Of a stretch of DNA of 63,186 nt, positions 40,752-51,600 are shown piece after piece; position 1 is the stretch's first letter; each line of letters opens with the position of its first letter. The notes under the pieces were generated by a model. The model made no database searches. It was not told where the DNA came from and saw only the letters and a program-made list of their open reading frames with translations. The translations under genes were made by a program, and so were the position numbers. This DNA comes from Bacillota bacterium (lineage in GTDB: Bacteria > Gemmatimonadota > Gemmatimonadetes > Gemmatimonadales > GWC2-71-9): contig JBLMWC010000108.1 in assembly GCA_050257015.1 (NCBI GenBank), positions 1 through 63,186 of the forward strand, written 5' to 3'.

Positions 40752-42553
40752 CAGTCGTCGACCTGGAGCACGGCGAGGAACGCCTCCTGGGGAATCTCGA
40801 CGGCGCCGATCTGCTTCATCCGCTTCTTTCCCTCCTTCTGCTTCTCCAGGAGCTTGCGCTTGCGGGTGATGTCGCCGCCGTAGCACTTGGCGAGGACGTC
40901 CTTGCGGAAGGCACTGATCGTCTCGCGCGCGATGATCTTCTGGCCGACGGCCGCCTGGATCGCCACCGCGTACAGCTGGCGCGGAATCAGCTCCTTCAGC
41001 TTCTCGGCGACCTTCCGGCCCCACTCGTAGGCCTTGTCGCGGTGGATGATGACGCTGAAGGCGTCCACCTGGTCGCCGTTGATGAGCATGTCGAGCTTGA
41101 CGAGGTCGCCCTCGCGGAAGCCGATGATCTCGTAGTCGAGAGACGCGTAGCCGCGGCTGATCGATTTGAGGCGGTCGTAGAAGTCGAGCACGATCTCGCC
41201 CAGCGGGAACTCGAAGTCGAACTCGACGCGGGTCGTGTCGATGTAGTGCATCCCGTTGTACACCCCACGCCGCTCCTGCCCCAGCTTCATGATGCCGCCG
41301 ATGTATTCCGACGGCGCCATGATCCGCGCCTTCACGTACGGCTCCTCGATCCGGTCGATTTCGGCGGGGTCGGGCAGGGCGGTCGGGTTCTCGAGCAGCA
41401 GCATGGTGCCGTCGGTGCGGTAGACGTGGTACTCCACCGTCGGGACGGTCGTGATGAGGTCGAGGTTGAACTCGCGCTCGAGCCGCTCCTGCACGATCTC
41501 GAGGTGCAGCAGGCCGAGGAACCCGCAGCGGAACCCGAACCCCAGCGCGGTGGACGATTCCGGCTCGTAGTGGAGGCTCGCGTCGTTGAGGCGGAGCTTC
41601 TCCAGCGCGTCGCGCAGCCCTTCGTACTGGTCGGAGTCGGTGGGGTAGACGCCGGCGAAGACCATCGACTTCACGTCGCGATAGCCGGGCAGGAGCTCGG
41701 TGACGCGGTTGGCGGCGTCCATGATGGTGTCGCCCACGCGCGCGTCGCGCACCTCCCGGAGACTGGCGACCACGTAACCGACCTCGCCCGCCTCGAGCCG
41801 CTCGGTACGGCGCTGGCCGAGCTGGAGGTAGCCGACCTCATCCACGTGGTAGACGTCGGCGGGATGCGCGCCGAAGGCGATGTCCATCCCCTCCCGGAGC
41901 TCGCCGTCCACGACCCGGATGCTGGGGATCGCGCCCCGGTAGCGGTCGTAGTACGAGTCGAAGATCAGCGCGCGAAGGGGCGCGTCGGCGCGGCCCCGCG
42001 GCGGCGGGATCCGCCGGACGATCGCCTCCAGCAGCGCCGGGATCCCGGTGCCCTCCTTGGCGGAGACCGACAGGATCTCGTCGCGGCTCGCGCCGATGAG
42101 GTCCATGATCTCCTTCGCGCGCCGCTCCGGCTCCGCGCCCGGGAGATCGATCTTGTTGAGGACCGGGATGATGTCGAGCCCGGCGTCCATGGCGAGGAAG
42201 AGGTTGCTGAGCGTCTGCGCCTGAATGCCCTGTGACGCATCCACCACCAGGATCGCCCCCTCGCACGCGGCGAGTGAGCGCGAGACCTCGTAGGTGAAGT
42301 CCACGTGCCCCGGCGTGTCGATCAGATTCAGCTCGTAGACCCCGCCGTCGGCCGCGGTGTAGCTCATGCGGACGGCGTTCAGCTTGATCGTGATGCCGCG
42401 CTCGCGCTCCAGGTCCATCGTATCCAGGAGCTGCTCACGCATCTGGCGCTTCTCGACCGCGCCGGTGGCCTCGATCAGCCGATCGGCGAGAGTGGACTTC
42501 CCATGGTCGATGTGCGCGACGATGCAGAAGTTGCGAATGCGGGACTGGGACAT
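40751..42553 (-). CDS. lepA: Elongation factor 4 (LepA)
   Basis: [64 protein letters not shown]. Confidence 0.98.
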   Translation of the reverse strand: MSQSRIRNFCIVAHIDHGKSTLADRLIEATGAVEKRQMREQLLDTMDLERERGITIKLNAVRMSYTAADGGVYELNLIDTPGHVDFTYEVSRSLAACEGAILVVDASQGIQAQTLSNLFLAMDAGLDIIPVLNKIDLPGAEPERRAKEIMDLIGASRDEILSVSAKEGTGIPALLEAIVRRIPPPRGRADAPLRALIFDSYYDRYRGAIPSIRVVDGELREGMDIAFGAHPADVYHVDEVGYLQLGQRRTERLEAGEVGYVVASLREVRDARVGDTIMDAANRVTELLPGYRDVKSMVFAGVYPTDSDQYEGLRDALEKLRLNDASLHYEPESSTALGFGFRCGFLGLLHLEIVQERLEREFNLDLITTVPTVEYHVYRTDGTMLLLENPTALPDPAEIDRIEEPYVKARIMAPSEYIGGIMKLGQERRGVYNGMHYIDTTRVEFDFEFPLGEIVLDFYDRLKSISRGYASLDYEIIGFREGDLVKLDMLINGDQVDAFSVIIHRDKAYEWGRKVAEKLKELIPRQLYAVAIQAAVGQKIIARETISAFRKDVLAKCYGGDITRKRKLLEKQKEGKKRMKQIGAVEIPQEAFLAVLQVDD

Positions 42554-42607
42554 GGCGAGCAATATAACGGTGGGGTTGGACCGGCGAGCCCGCTATGTTT
42601 GTGCCCC

Positions 42608-43525
42608 ATGCCCACCGCCGCGACCGCTCACCGGCCTGCCGCCGTGCACCATCGCGCGGCCTACACCGAGCTCCTGGCCGTCGTGGTCATCTGGGGGCTC
42701 AACTTCACCGTCGCCAAGTGGTCGCTCCGGGAGATCCCGCCGCTCGCGTTCACCGCGTTCCGGTTCATACTGGCCTCGGTGCTGCTGCTGGCGCTGCTGC
42801 ATCATCGCGAGGGCACGATCCGCCCCCCGCGCGGCAGCGTCGGCCGCCTGACGGTGCTCGGGCTGATCGGCAACACCATCTACCAGATGTGCTTCATCGT
42901 CGGCCTCTCGCTGACGACGGTGAGCAACAGCGCGCTGGTGCTCGCGAGCATGCCGGCGATGGTGGCCGCGCTCGCCTTCGCGTTCCGGCTCGAGCGGGTG
43001 ACCGCGCGCGCCGCCGAAGGGCTGGGCCTCGCGTCCATCGGCGTGGTCCTCGTCGTGGCGGCCCGCGGGGTGTCGTTCGGCGCCGGCACCCTGCGGGGCG
43101 ACGTGCTGACCTTCGCTGCGGTAATCTGCTGGGCGGTGTTCACCCACGGCGTCCGCCGTCTGGCGGTGCCGATGTCGCCGCTCGCCATCACCACGTGGAC
43201 CGTCGTGCTGGCGACGCCACTCCTCATCGTGGCGGGGCTGCCGTCGATGCTGTCGATGAACTGGGGTGCGGTGAGTCTGCTGGGATGGGTCGGTGTGGTC
43301 TATGCGTCGGTGCTGTCGCTGGTGCTGGCCTACATCCTGTGGAACGACAGCATCCGCGCGATCGGCGCGAGCCGAACCGCGGTCTTCTCGTGCCTCACGC
43401 CGCTGGTGGCGATGAGCTCGGCGGTGCTCGTCCTGCACGAGCGGCCCACGCTGGTCCAGCTCGCGGGGGCCGCCGCCATTCTCACCGGCGTGCTGCTCTC
43501 GCAGCGGACGCCGAAGCCGCTATGA
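42608..43525 (+). CDS. DMT/EamA family transporter
   Basis: IWGLNF, AFRF, two EamA repeats, VLHERP. Confidence 0.9.
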   Translation: MPTAATAHRPAAVHHRAAYTELLAVVVIWGLNFTVAKWSLREIPPLAFTAFRFILASVLLLALLHHREGTIRPPRGSVGRLTVLGLIGNTIYQMCFIVGLSLTTVSNSALVLASMPAMVAALAFAFRLERVTARAAEGLGLASIGVVLVVAARGVSFGAGTLRGDVLTFAAVICWAVFTHGVRRLAVPMSPLAITTWTVVLATPLLIVAGLPSMLSMNWGAVSLLGWVGVVYASVLSLVLAYILWNDSIRAIGASRTAVFSCLTPLVAMSSAVLVLHERPTLVQLAGAAAILTGVLLSQRTPKPL

Positions 43526-43876
43526 CCCCGGGGCCGCCGGCGGATTGAGCTCTTCCAGGCGCGCCATCGCCCGGCGCAGATGGGGGATCACGATGCTCCC
43601 GCCGACTACGAGCCCCACCGCGAAGATCTCCTGGAACTCCTCCATCGTGACGCCCTCCTCGTGACAGCGCACGATGTGGTAGGTGATGCAGTCGTCGCAG
43701 CGGAGGACCATCGACGAGACGAGCCCCAGCATCTCCTTCGTCTTCCTGCCGAGGGCACCGGGCTCGTAGGCCCGGTGATCCAGCGCGAAGAAGCGGTTGA
43801 TCGTCAGGTTCCCGGCGCCGAGGATGGCGTCGTTCATCCGCGAGCGGAAGGCGTTGAAATCGGCAATCGTCGTCAT
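43520..43876 (-). CDS. Carboxymuconolactone decarboxylase / AhpD-like protein
   Basis: KTKEMLGL, LRCDDCITYH, VGGSIVIPH; ATGA overlap with upstream gene. Confidence 0.88.
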   Translation of the reverse strand: MTTIADFNAFRSRMNDAILGAGNLTINRFFALDHRAYEPGALGRKTKEMLGLVSSMVLRCDDCITYHIVRCHEEGVTMEEFQEIFAVGLVVGGSIVIPHLRRAMARLEELNPPAAPGS

Positions 43877-45399
43877 CGGCCGGCGGCTCCCTCCACGATC
43901 TGTTTGTAGCTCTCGGGGTTCCACTGCGGCCGGGCCGGCGCATTGGCGACGTCCTGCCCCAAATAGTAGACCAGCCGGAGGATGCGGGACTCCTTCTCCG
44001 CCTCGATCTTCTCCGGCGAGTCGCTCGGCCGGTGGTAGTCGGCGTGCACGCCGTTGAAGAAGAAGAGGATCGGCACGCCCTTTCGGGCGAAGTTGTAGTG
44101 GTCGGACCGGAAATAGAAGCGCTCCTCGGGCCAGATGTCGTCGATGGCCGTCATATGAAGCTCGGGATGGGCCGCGTTGACTCGATTCAGCGTGCGCCCG
44201 AGGTCCGAGTGCTCCTTCCCGATCGCCACGATCGTGTCCTGCCAGTTGCGACCGATCATGTCGAGGTTGAGATCGGCGACCACCTGCGCCAGCGGCACCG
44301 TGGGATGGGTCGTGAAGTAGTCGCTGCCCCACAGTCCCTTCTCCTCGCCGCTCACCGTCATGAAGGCCACCGACCGCTTCGGCCGGGCGCCCCGGCTGAA
44401 CGCCTCGGCCAGCTCGACGACGCCGACGGTGCCCGAGCCGTCGTCATCGGCGCCGTTGTTGATGCTGTCCGCCGCGCCCGCCGTGATTCCGACGTGATCC
44501 ATGTGCGCCGTGAGGAAGAGATACTCCCCGCGGAGCTTCGGATCGCTGCCCGGCAGGATCCCGATCGTGTTGGGAGCGGTCGTCCGCTCGACGATCGTGT
44601 CCCGGATGCTGATCGTCGCCTGCCACGCCGGAAGGGGCCGGATGGTCATCGTGGTCGCGGCGCGGAGCCGATCGAAATCGGCCGCGGCGTCGGGCTGGGC
44701 CCGCTCGATCGCGCGCTCGTCGGCCTGGACGATCAGCGGGGCACCGGACGGACCGTCGGCCTCGCGCGCAGTGCGGAGACGCTGCGCCTGCGAGCGGGTC
44801 TGCGCCGCAAATGCCGCCGAGTCGGCGTTCGATATGATGACGAACGCACGAGCACCCGCCTTGGCGAAGGCGCCGATCACCGCACCCCGGTTCGCCGGCA
44901 GCGGCTTCGTCATGTCGAGCACCCACAGGACGATCTGGCCTTTCGCGTCCGCCTCGTGAACCGAGTCCGGATTCACCACCGCGCTCACCAGCGTGATCGG
45001 CCCGGACACCGGCTCCGCCGCCGGCGAACCGGCGAGGAGGAGAAGCGACGACTCGAACGGCAGGGTGATCGAGGCGCCCTCGGGGCCGCTCAAGACGAGC
45101 GACGACTGATCGGTCAGGAAGCGGCGGCGCACGATCGAATAGCGCTGGAAGTACGTTCCGTTCTCACCCCCCGGCTGGAGGCCGAACTTCCGGAACTGGT
45201 CCGCCACGTACTGCGCCGTGAGATCGAGCCCGCGGCTTGGCGTGTCGCGACCCATCATGGAGTCGTCGGCGATGACGCCGATGCGCTGGGTGACATCCTC
45301 GGCGGTGATCGTTGCGGCGGCGTGGCTGGCGGAGCCGCGCGTCTGCGCCGACAGGGAAGAGGCGGCCAGCACGAGCGACACCAGCAGCAGACTGCGCAT
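43873..45399 (-). CDS. Secreted M28 family peptidase with PA-like insert
   Basis: Signal peptide; TAHMDH, NGADDDGSG, GEEKGLWGS, LDMIGR, RSDH, DYH. Confidence 0.92.
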   Translation of the reverse strand: MRSLLLVSLVLAASSLSAQTRGSASHAAATITAEDVTQRIGVIADDSMMGRDTPSRGLDLTAQYVADQFRKFGLQPGGENGTYFQRYSIVRRRFLTDQSSLVLSGPEGASITLPFESSLLLLAGSPAAEPVSGPITLVSAVVNPDSVHEADAKGQIVLWVLDMTKPLPANRGAVIGAFAKAGARAFVIISNADSAAFAAQTRSQAQRLRTAREADGPSGAPLIVQADERAIERAQPDAAADFDRLRAATTMTIRPLPAWQATISIRDTIVERTTAPNTIGILPGSDPKLRGEYLFLTAHMDHVGITAGAADSINNGADDDGSGTVGVVELAEAFSRGARPKRSVAFMTVSGEEKGLWGSDYFTTHPTVPLAQVVADLNLDMIGRNWQDTIVAIGKEHSDLGRTLNRVNAAHPELHMTAIDDIWPEERFYFRSDHYNFARKGVPILFFFNGVHADYHRPSDSPEKIEAEKESRILRLVYYLGQDVANAPARPQWNPESYKQIVEGAAGR

Positions 45400-45440
45400 G
45401 AGGATCCTCTTGTTCCGGTGGGGGGAGCGTGGAATGCGAA

Positions 45441-45471
45441 CGGCACCGCCCTGAGGTACGGGGCGGTGCCG
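45441..45471 (-). terminator. Hairpin downstream of small ORF
   Basis: cggcaccgccc / gggcggtgccg stem; only a weak T tail. Confidence 0.5.
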
Positions 45472-45494
45472 GTAGCTGTTTCAGAACGGAGCGT

Positions 45495-45767
45495 TCAGGG
45501 CCTGCGACGCCGGAGCTCCGGCTCTCCGGTGCTCCGCGGCGGCGGGGTACGCTCTGCCTGGGGAGGCCGCGCCGGCTCCTCCCGCCGGGGCGGATCCTGG
45601 CGGGGACGGGCCTCGGGCTGAAGCTGGCGCGGCTCGACCCGGGGTGCCGGCGTCTCCCGCGGCTGATTCCGTCCGCGGCCGGGCGCCTGGGCCGAAGCGG
45701 CGCTGGTCCCGACGGCCGGGAGACCGATGAGCAGCGAGGCGACCAGGATGGCGGTGCGTGAGTGCAT
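45495..45767 (-). CDS. Small secreted Pro/Arg/Glu-rich hypothetical protein (90 aa)
   Basis: GGAGG RBS; signal peptide ending ASA-Q; low-complexity mature part ending STGEPELRRRRP. Confidence 0.7.
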   Translation of the reverse strand: MHSRTAILVASLLIGLPAVGTSAASAQAPGRGRNQPRETPAPRVEPRQLQPEARPRQDPPRREEPARPPQAERTPPPRSTGEPELRRRRP

Positions 45768-45810
45768 GAAACCTCCAAACAAACCGGGACGTCGTAGGCT
45801 CCGGCTGCCG

Positions 45811-45826
45811 AGCATGGTACATGCCA
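45811..45826 (-). promoter_or_regulatory. Putative sigma54 (-24/-12) promoter
   Basis: Minus strand TGGCATG-TACC-ATGCT; GG-N10-GC spacing matches TGGCACG-N4-TTGCW. Confidence 0.55.
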
Positions 45827-45953
45827 CCGATGACGCCGGCGTTAAATCGCCACGAAGAAAGGCCTTACCGCCGCGGCTCGACGAGGCGCCCACGTCGTGG
45901 CGTCCCTCATCTGTGACGCGGCCGTGTCACGTGCTGGCCACCTGCCCGTCGCG

Positions 45954-45982
45954 TTGACTCCGCCTCGACCCCCGAATACGTT
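45954..45982 (+). promoter_or_regulatory. sigma70-type promoter of the DUF58-BatA-mfd-surA-pdxA operon
   Basis: TTGACT, 17 bp spacer, TACGTT, 9 nt before ATG 45992. Confidence 0.65.
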
Positions 45983-45991
45983 GCGCCCGGG

Positions 45992-46915
45992 ATGAACCGA
46001 ACCGCTGCACCCACCGGTCGCGTACGTCTCGACCTGCTCGACCCGCTCGAAGTCTCCCGTCTTGGCGGCCTCGAAGTCGTGACCGAGGGAGTGGTCGAGG
46101 GCTTTCTCACGGGCCTGCACCGCTCACCCCGCCGCGGTTTCTCCGTCGAATTCGCAGAACACCGCATGTATCAGCCGGGCGACGAGCTGCGCTACGTCGA
46201 CTGGAAGATACTCGGCCGCAACGACCGGCTCTACGTCAAGCAGTTCGAGGAGGAGACCAACCTGCGCGCGGTCGTCGTCTGCGACGCCTCGCGCTCGATG
46301 GCCTGGAGCGGCGACCCCGCCGCCGTCCTGCCCAAGCTCGACTATGCCCGCCGCCTGATCGCCGCCCTGTCGCTGGTCCTGCTCCGGCAGCGCGATGCCA
46401 CGGGACTCATCGCCTTCGATGACACCGTGCGCGCAGTGATACCGCCGAGCGCGCGGACCGGGCACTGGCATCAGCTGCTTCGCGTCCTGGCCGAGCTCGA
46501 GGCCGGTGAGGGGACGGCCGCCGAGCCGGCACTCAGGCGGGTCGTGGGGTCGCTGCGGCGGCGAGGCCTGGTCGTCTTCGTGTCCGACCTGCTGCTCGAG
46601 CGCGAGCTCGCGCTGAAGGCGCTGCGCTTCCTGCGCCACCGCGGGCATCACGTCCTCGTCCTCCATATCATGGATCCGTCGGAGGTGACCCTCTCCGGGC
46701 CGGCTGAAGCGCGCTTCGAGGATCCGGAGACCCGCGAGTCGGTGATCCTCCGCCCGCGCGACTGGGCCGGCGCCTACGCGGAGACGGTCGAAGGTGTGGT
46801 GTCGGCGTGGCGCCTGGCGTGCCGGCGGAACGATATCGGCTACCACCGTGTGCTCACCAGCTCCCCGTTCGGTGGTGTGCTGCGCCGGGCGCTCGCCCTC
46901 CCGCGGCGCGGATGA
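45992..46915 (+). CDS. DUF58 domain protein (MoxR-associated, vWA-like)
   Basis: GLHRSPRRGFSVEFAEHR.YQPGD, DWK, VKQFEEE, DASRSM, VSD. Confidence 0.92.
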   Translation: MNRTAAPTGRVRLDLLDPLEVSRLGGLEVVTEGVVEGFLTGLHRSPRRGFSVEFAEHRMYQPGDELRYVDWKILGRNDRLYVKQFEEETNLRAVVVCDASRSMAWSGDPAAVLPKLDYARRLIAALSLVLLRQRDATGLIAFDDTVRAVIPPSARTGHWHQLLRVLAELEAGEGTAAEPALRRVVGSLRRRGLVVFVSDLLLERELALKALRFLRHRGHHVLVLHIMDPSEVTLSGPAEARFEDPETRESVILRPRDWAGAYAETVEGVVSAWRLACRRNDIGYHRVLTSSPFGGVLRRALALPRRG

Positions 46916-48696
46916 TCGGGTTTCTCCATCCCTGGCTCCTGGCCGGTCTCGCCGCCGCGGGGATTCCGATCCTGCTCCATCTCGTGGCCCGGCGCGAGCC
47001 GCCGACGGTCGTCTTTCCGGCGGTCCGCTACCTCGTCACGACGACGCAGGAGAACCAGCGGCGGCTCAAGCTGCAGCACTGGCTGCTGCTGCTGCTCCGC
47101 ACCCTCCTCATCGCCGCGCTCGTGATGGCGGCGGCGGGCCCCACCGTACAGCTGAGCGGCGTGCCGGGACATCCGCCGACCGCGCTCGTCGTGATCCTCG
47201 ACAACAGCCCCAGCAGCGCGGTGGTGGCCGGCGGCACGCCGCGGCTCGCGCGGCTCAAGGCGGCGGCGCGCGCGGCGCTCGCGCGCGCCACGCCGTCGGA
47301 CGGACTCTGGCTGATCACCGCCGACGGCACCCCCCGTCACGGTGACCGCGCGTCGCTCCTCCAGCTCACCGACAGTCTCCAGCCCTCCGCCCGCCGCATC
47401 GATCTCGGCGTGGCGCTCGGCCTTGCAGGGTCGGTGCTCGCGCCGGAAAGCCGGCCGGGTGAGCTGATGATGATCACCGATCTGCAGGCGAGCGCGGTTT
47501 CGGCGGCGACGCCCGCCGCACCGCTCGTCGTCGCCAGGCCGGACGGCGACTCGCCAGCCAATCTGGGGATCGCCTCGCTCGCGACCGGTGCGCAGCCGTG
47601 GTCCACCGACGGCGGTCGCGTCGTGGTGGGCATCGTCGGCGATTCGGGGCGCTCGGTGCCGGTCACCGTGCGACTTGACGAGCGGCCCGGACGCCAGGCG
47701 CTGGTGAGCGCCGGCAGCGCGGTGACGGTGGCGGTGCCGGGCGCGCCATCCGGCTGGCGCATGGCGACAGCGGAGCTCGATGCCGACGAGCTCCGCCTCG
47801 ACGACCGCCGCAGCGCCTACGTCCGGATTGCGCCGGTCGCTCGGGTGAGCTGGAACCCGGCGGACCGTTATCTCGCCGCGGCATGCGACGTCCTCGCGAC
47901 GAACGGCCGGATCGCCCGCGGCGCCGATGTGACGCTCGGTGCGCTCGGCGCGGGCTTCTCGGTCGTGACGCCGCCGGCGGATCCTGCGGAAGTCGGTGCG
48001 CTCAACCGCGCGCTCGCTCGGCGTGGCGCCAGCTGGCGGTTCGGCCGGCCGGTCGAGACCGTGGCCGAGACCGACAGCGGTGGATTGATCGGCCGCCACT
48101 CCGTGCTCCGCCGTTACACACTGGAGAGCAGCGGCAGCGGACGCACCGGCGTCCTCGCCACTGCGGGCGGCGCGCCGTGGGCGGTGCGGAGCGCCGGTAT
48201 CGTGCTGCTCGGCAGCCGACTCGATCCGGACTGGACCCAGCTGCCAGTCTCCGCCGAGTTCGTGCCGTTCCTCGACCGGATCCTCAACCGCGTGGCACGG
48301 GGTGAGCTCGCGATCCTCGACGGCATCCCCGGCGAGGCGGTGACGCTTCCCGATCTCGCAACGGAGGTACGGCTCGGTCAGCGGAGCTGGAAGGTCGAAG
48401 GCGGCGATCTCTTCCGGCCGAGCGAGACCGGCGCGCATCTCATTCTGGCCGGCACCGACACGATCGGTGCCCTCAACGTGGGCGTGGATCCGCGCGAGTC
48501 CCGCCTCGCGCGCATGAGTGACGGTCAGGTGCGCCGGCTCTGGAAAGGTGCGAGGGTGGTGTCGCTTGGCGATGCCGGCGCCGCTGCCTTCTCATCGCGC
48601 GCGCTGGCCGACTTCCGCGGGCCGCTTCTCTGGGCGGCGCTCTGCTTCGGACTGGGCGAGCTCTTCCTCGCGAGCGTCTGGCGGAGGCGCGGATGA
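46912..48696 (+). CDS. BatA N-terminal + vWA domain membrane protein
   Basis: FLHPWLL..PILLHL, LLLLLR BatA motif; DNSPS MIDAS, ITD; C-terminal TM. Confidence 0.85.
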   Translation: MIGFLHPWLLAGLAAAGIPILLHLVARREPPTVVFPAVRYLVTTTQENQRRLKLQHWLLLLLRTLLIAALVMAAAGPTVQLSGVPGHPPTALVVILDNSPSSAVVAGGTPRLARLKAAARAALARATPSDGLWLITADGTPRHGDRASLLQLTDSLQPSARRIDLGVALGLAGSVLAPESRPGELMMITDLQASAVSAATPAAPLVVARPDGDSPANLGIASLATGAQPWSTDGGRVVVGIVGDSGRSVPVTVRLDERPGRQALVSAGSAVTVAVPGAPSGWRMATAELDADELRLDDRRSAYVRIAPVARVSWNPADRYLAAACDVLATNGRIARGADVTLGALGAGFSVVTPPADPAEVGALNRALARRGASWRFGRPVETVAETDSGGLIGRHSVLRRYTLESSGSGRTGVLATAGGAPWAVRSAGIVLLGSRLDPDWTQLPVSAEFVPFLDRILNRVARGELAILDGIPGEAVTLPDLATEVRLGQRSWKVEGGDLFRPSETGAHLILAGTDTIGALNVGVDPRESRLARMSDGQVRRLWKGARVVSLGDAGAAAFSSRALADFRGPLLWAALCFGLGELFLASVWRRRG

Positions 48697-51600
48697 CCCT
48701 GCAGCTGGTGCTGGACGCCTTCGGCCGTGCCCCTTCGTCGTACACCCTCAGGGAGCGGCTGCCCCAGCGAGGCGGCACGCTCCGGCTCGGCGGGCTGCCC
48801 GGCTCGAGCGGCGCCGTGCTTACCGCGTGGCTCGCGGCGGTGGAGTCGCAGCGGCTGCTCGTCGTGATCGCGCCCGCGCCCGGCGATGCCGAGCGGTGGC
48901 TTACCGACCTCGCCCATCTCACCAGTCTGCCGGCGGCGCTCTACCCTCAGCGCGAGGCGCTCGGCGAGGACGAGCCGCACTACGAGATCGCCGGCGAGCG
49001 GGCCGAGACGATCGAGGCGATCCTCGGTGGCCGCCTTCGCATCGTCGTCACCACGGCGCGGGCGACGGCGGAGAAGACGCTCGTGCCCGCCGCGCTCGAG
49101 GCGCTCCGCCTCCGGCTCGCCGTCGGCGAGCGGCGCCCTCCGGCCGCGGTCGTGCAGGAGCTCGAGGCGATGGGGTACCGGCGGGTGCCGACGGTGACGG
49201 AGGTCGCCGAGTTCAGCGTGCGCGGCGGGATCGTGGATATCTACGGCTTCGGGATGGCCGGCCCGGCGCGTCTCGAGTGGTGGGGCGACGACATCTCCTC
49301 GATCCGCGGCTTCGATCTCACGACGCAGCGATCGACCGAGGAGGTCACCGGCATCACCGTGCTCCCGATCGACACCCGTGCGGTCCGGGACGGCAATGGA
49401 GGCGACGGCCGGAAGGGCGGCCGCCGCCAGACCCTTCTCGAGCTGCTCCCGCCCGACGCGCTGATCATCGAGGAGGCGACCGGTCCCGACGCCGACGAGG
49501 TCGCGCGCGCGTGGAACGAGGCGGCGCACCATCTCGACGTTGCGCGCCGCCTGGGCGAGGACGTGCCCGCACGCGAGCTGATCTTCGAGGAGCCGGCCGC
49601 GTGGGTGAGCCGGCTCGCCGCGTTCCCGCGCCTCGTCCTCCGCGACGAGCCCGCCGATCTCCAGATGGGGTTCTTTCCGCCCGAGCGGGTGGACCGTGAC
49701 CTCAATCGCCTCCGCGCCCTCCTTGCGGGCTCGCCGCCGACGCTGATTCTCTGCGACAACGACGGCCAGCTCGAGCGCATGGAGGAGCTGCTCGACGACG
49801 ACGGCCGACGCGCCGCGAACGCCACCCTGGCCGTCGGCGCGCTCGAGGGCGGCTTCGTGCTGCCAAGTCTCCGGGTTCTCACCGACCACGAAATCTTCCG
49901 CCGCGCGCGGCGTCTCCGCCGCACCCGCCGCTACCGGCAGGCGGCGCCGTCGGCGGCCACCGGCGCGCTCACCATCGGCGACTACGTGGTGCACCTCGAT
50001 CACGGGATCGGCCTCTACCGCGGGATCGACACGGTGCGGGTCGGCGAGAGCACCTTCGAGGTCGCGGTCGTGGAATATGAGGGCGGCGACCGGCTCAATG
50101 TCCCCCTCTACCGGCTGGACCAGCTGGAGCGCTATCGCGCCGCCGGCGAGGACGGTGACCGGCCGCCGCCGAAGCTGCACAAGCTGGGTGGCTCGTCGTG
50201 GCAGAAGGTGCGCGACCGCACCCGCACCGCCATCCGCCAGATGGCGGCGGAGCTGCTCGACCTCTACGCGCGACGCAGCGTGACCGGCGGCTATCCCTTC
50301 CCGCCGGACTCCCGGTGGCAGCGCGAGCTCGAGTCGGCGTTCCTCTACGAGGACACGCCGGACCAGCGCACCGCAACCGAGGACATCAAGCGGGACATGG
50401 AGCAGCCGCGCCCGATGGATCGCCTCCTCGTGGGCGACGTGGGCTACGGCAAGACCGAGGTCGCGGTGCGGGCCGCCTTCAAGGCGGTGCAGGGCGGAAA
50501 GCAGGTGGCGGTGCTGGTCCCGACGACGATTCTGGCGGAGCAGCATGGCCGCACCTTCGTCGAGCGGCTGGCCGATTACCCGGTGAAGATCGAGGTCCTC
50601 TCCCGCTTCCGCACCGCGAAGGAGCAGAAGCAGGCGCTGGCCCGGCTCGCATCGGGCGAGACCGACATCGTCATCGGCACCCATCGCCTCCTCTCGAAGG
50701 ACGTGGTCTTCAAGGACCTCGGGCTGCTCGTGGTGGACGAGGAGCACCGGTTCGGGGTGAAGCACAAGGAGCGACTCAAGGAGCTCAAGCTCCAGGTGGA
50801 CGTCCTGACCCTCACCGCGACGCCGATCCCGCGCACGCTGCACCTCTCGCTCGCCGGGCTTCGCGACCTCACGCTGATCGAGACGCCGCCGCGGGACCGC
50901 TCGGCGGTACTGACGTTCGTGGAGCCGTGGGACGACGCGCTCCTGGAAGAGGCGTTCGCGAGGGAGCTCGACCGCGGCGGCCAGGTCTTCATGGTCCACA
51001 ACCGGATCGAGACGATCGAGACGATCGCCGCACGGGTGCGCTCGCTCGCCCCCCGGGCCCGCGTCGCGGTGGCCCACGGGCAGATGGCGGCCGACGATCT
51101 GGAGCGGGTCATGCGCGATTTCGTGGGGGGAGAGGTCGACATCCTCGTCACCACGATGATCGTGGAGTCGGGCCTCGACGTTCCCAACGCCAACACGATG
51201 GTGGTCCACGACGCGCACCGGCTCGGCCTGGCCCAGCTCTACCAGCTCCGGGGACGGGTGGGCCGCAGCCACCGGCGGGCGTACTGCTACCTGCTCGTCC
51301 CCGACACGATCGACGCCGATGCGGAGGACCGCCTGAAGGTCCTGGAGCATCACACCGAGCTGGGCGCCGGGTATCGCATCGCGCTCAAGGACCTCGAGCT
51401 CCGGGGGGCGGGGAACCTGCTCGGCTCCGAGCAGTCGGGGCATGCCCACGCCGTCGGCTTCGACCTCTATCTCCGGTGGCTGGAGGAGACGGTGAAGGCG
51501 ATGCGGGGCCAGGGCGGGCACGAGCAGCCGCTTCCGCCGGACGTGGTGCTGGACCGCCCGTCCCACCTGCCCGACGGCTACGTGGCGGACGACGACGTCA

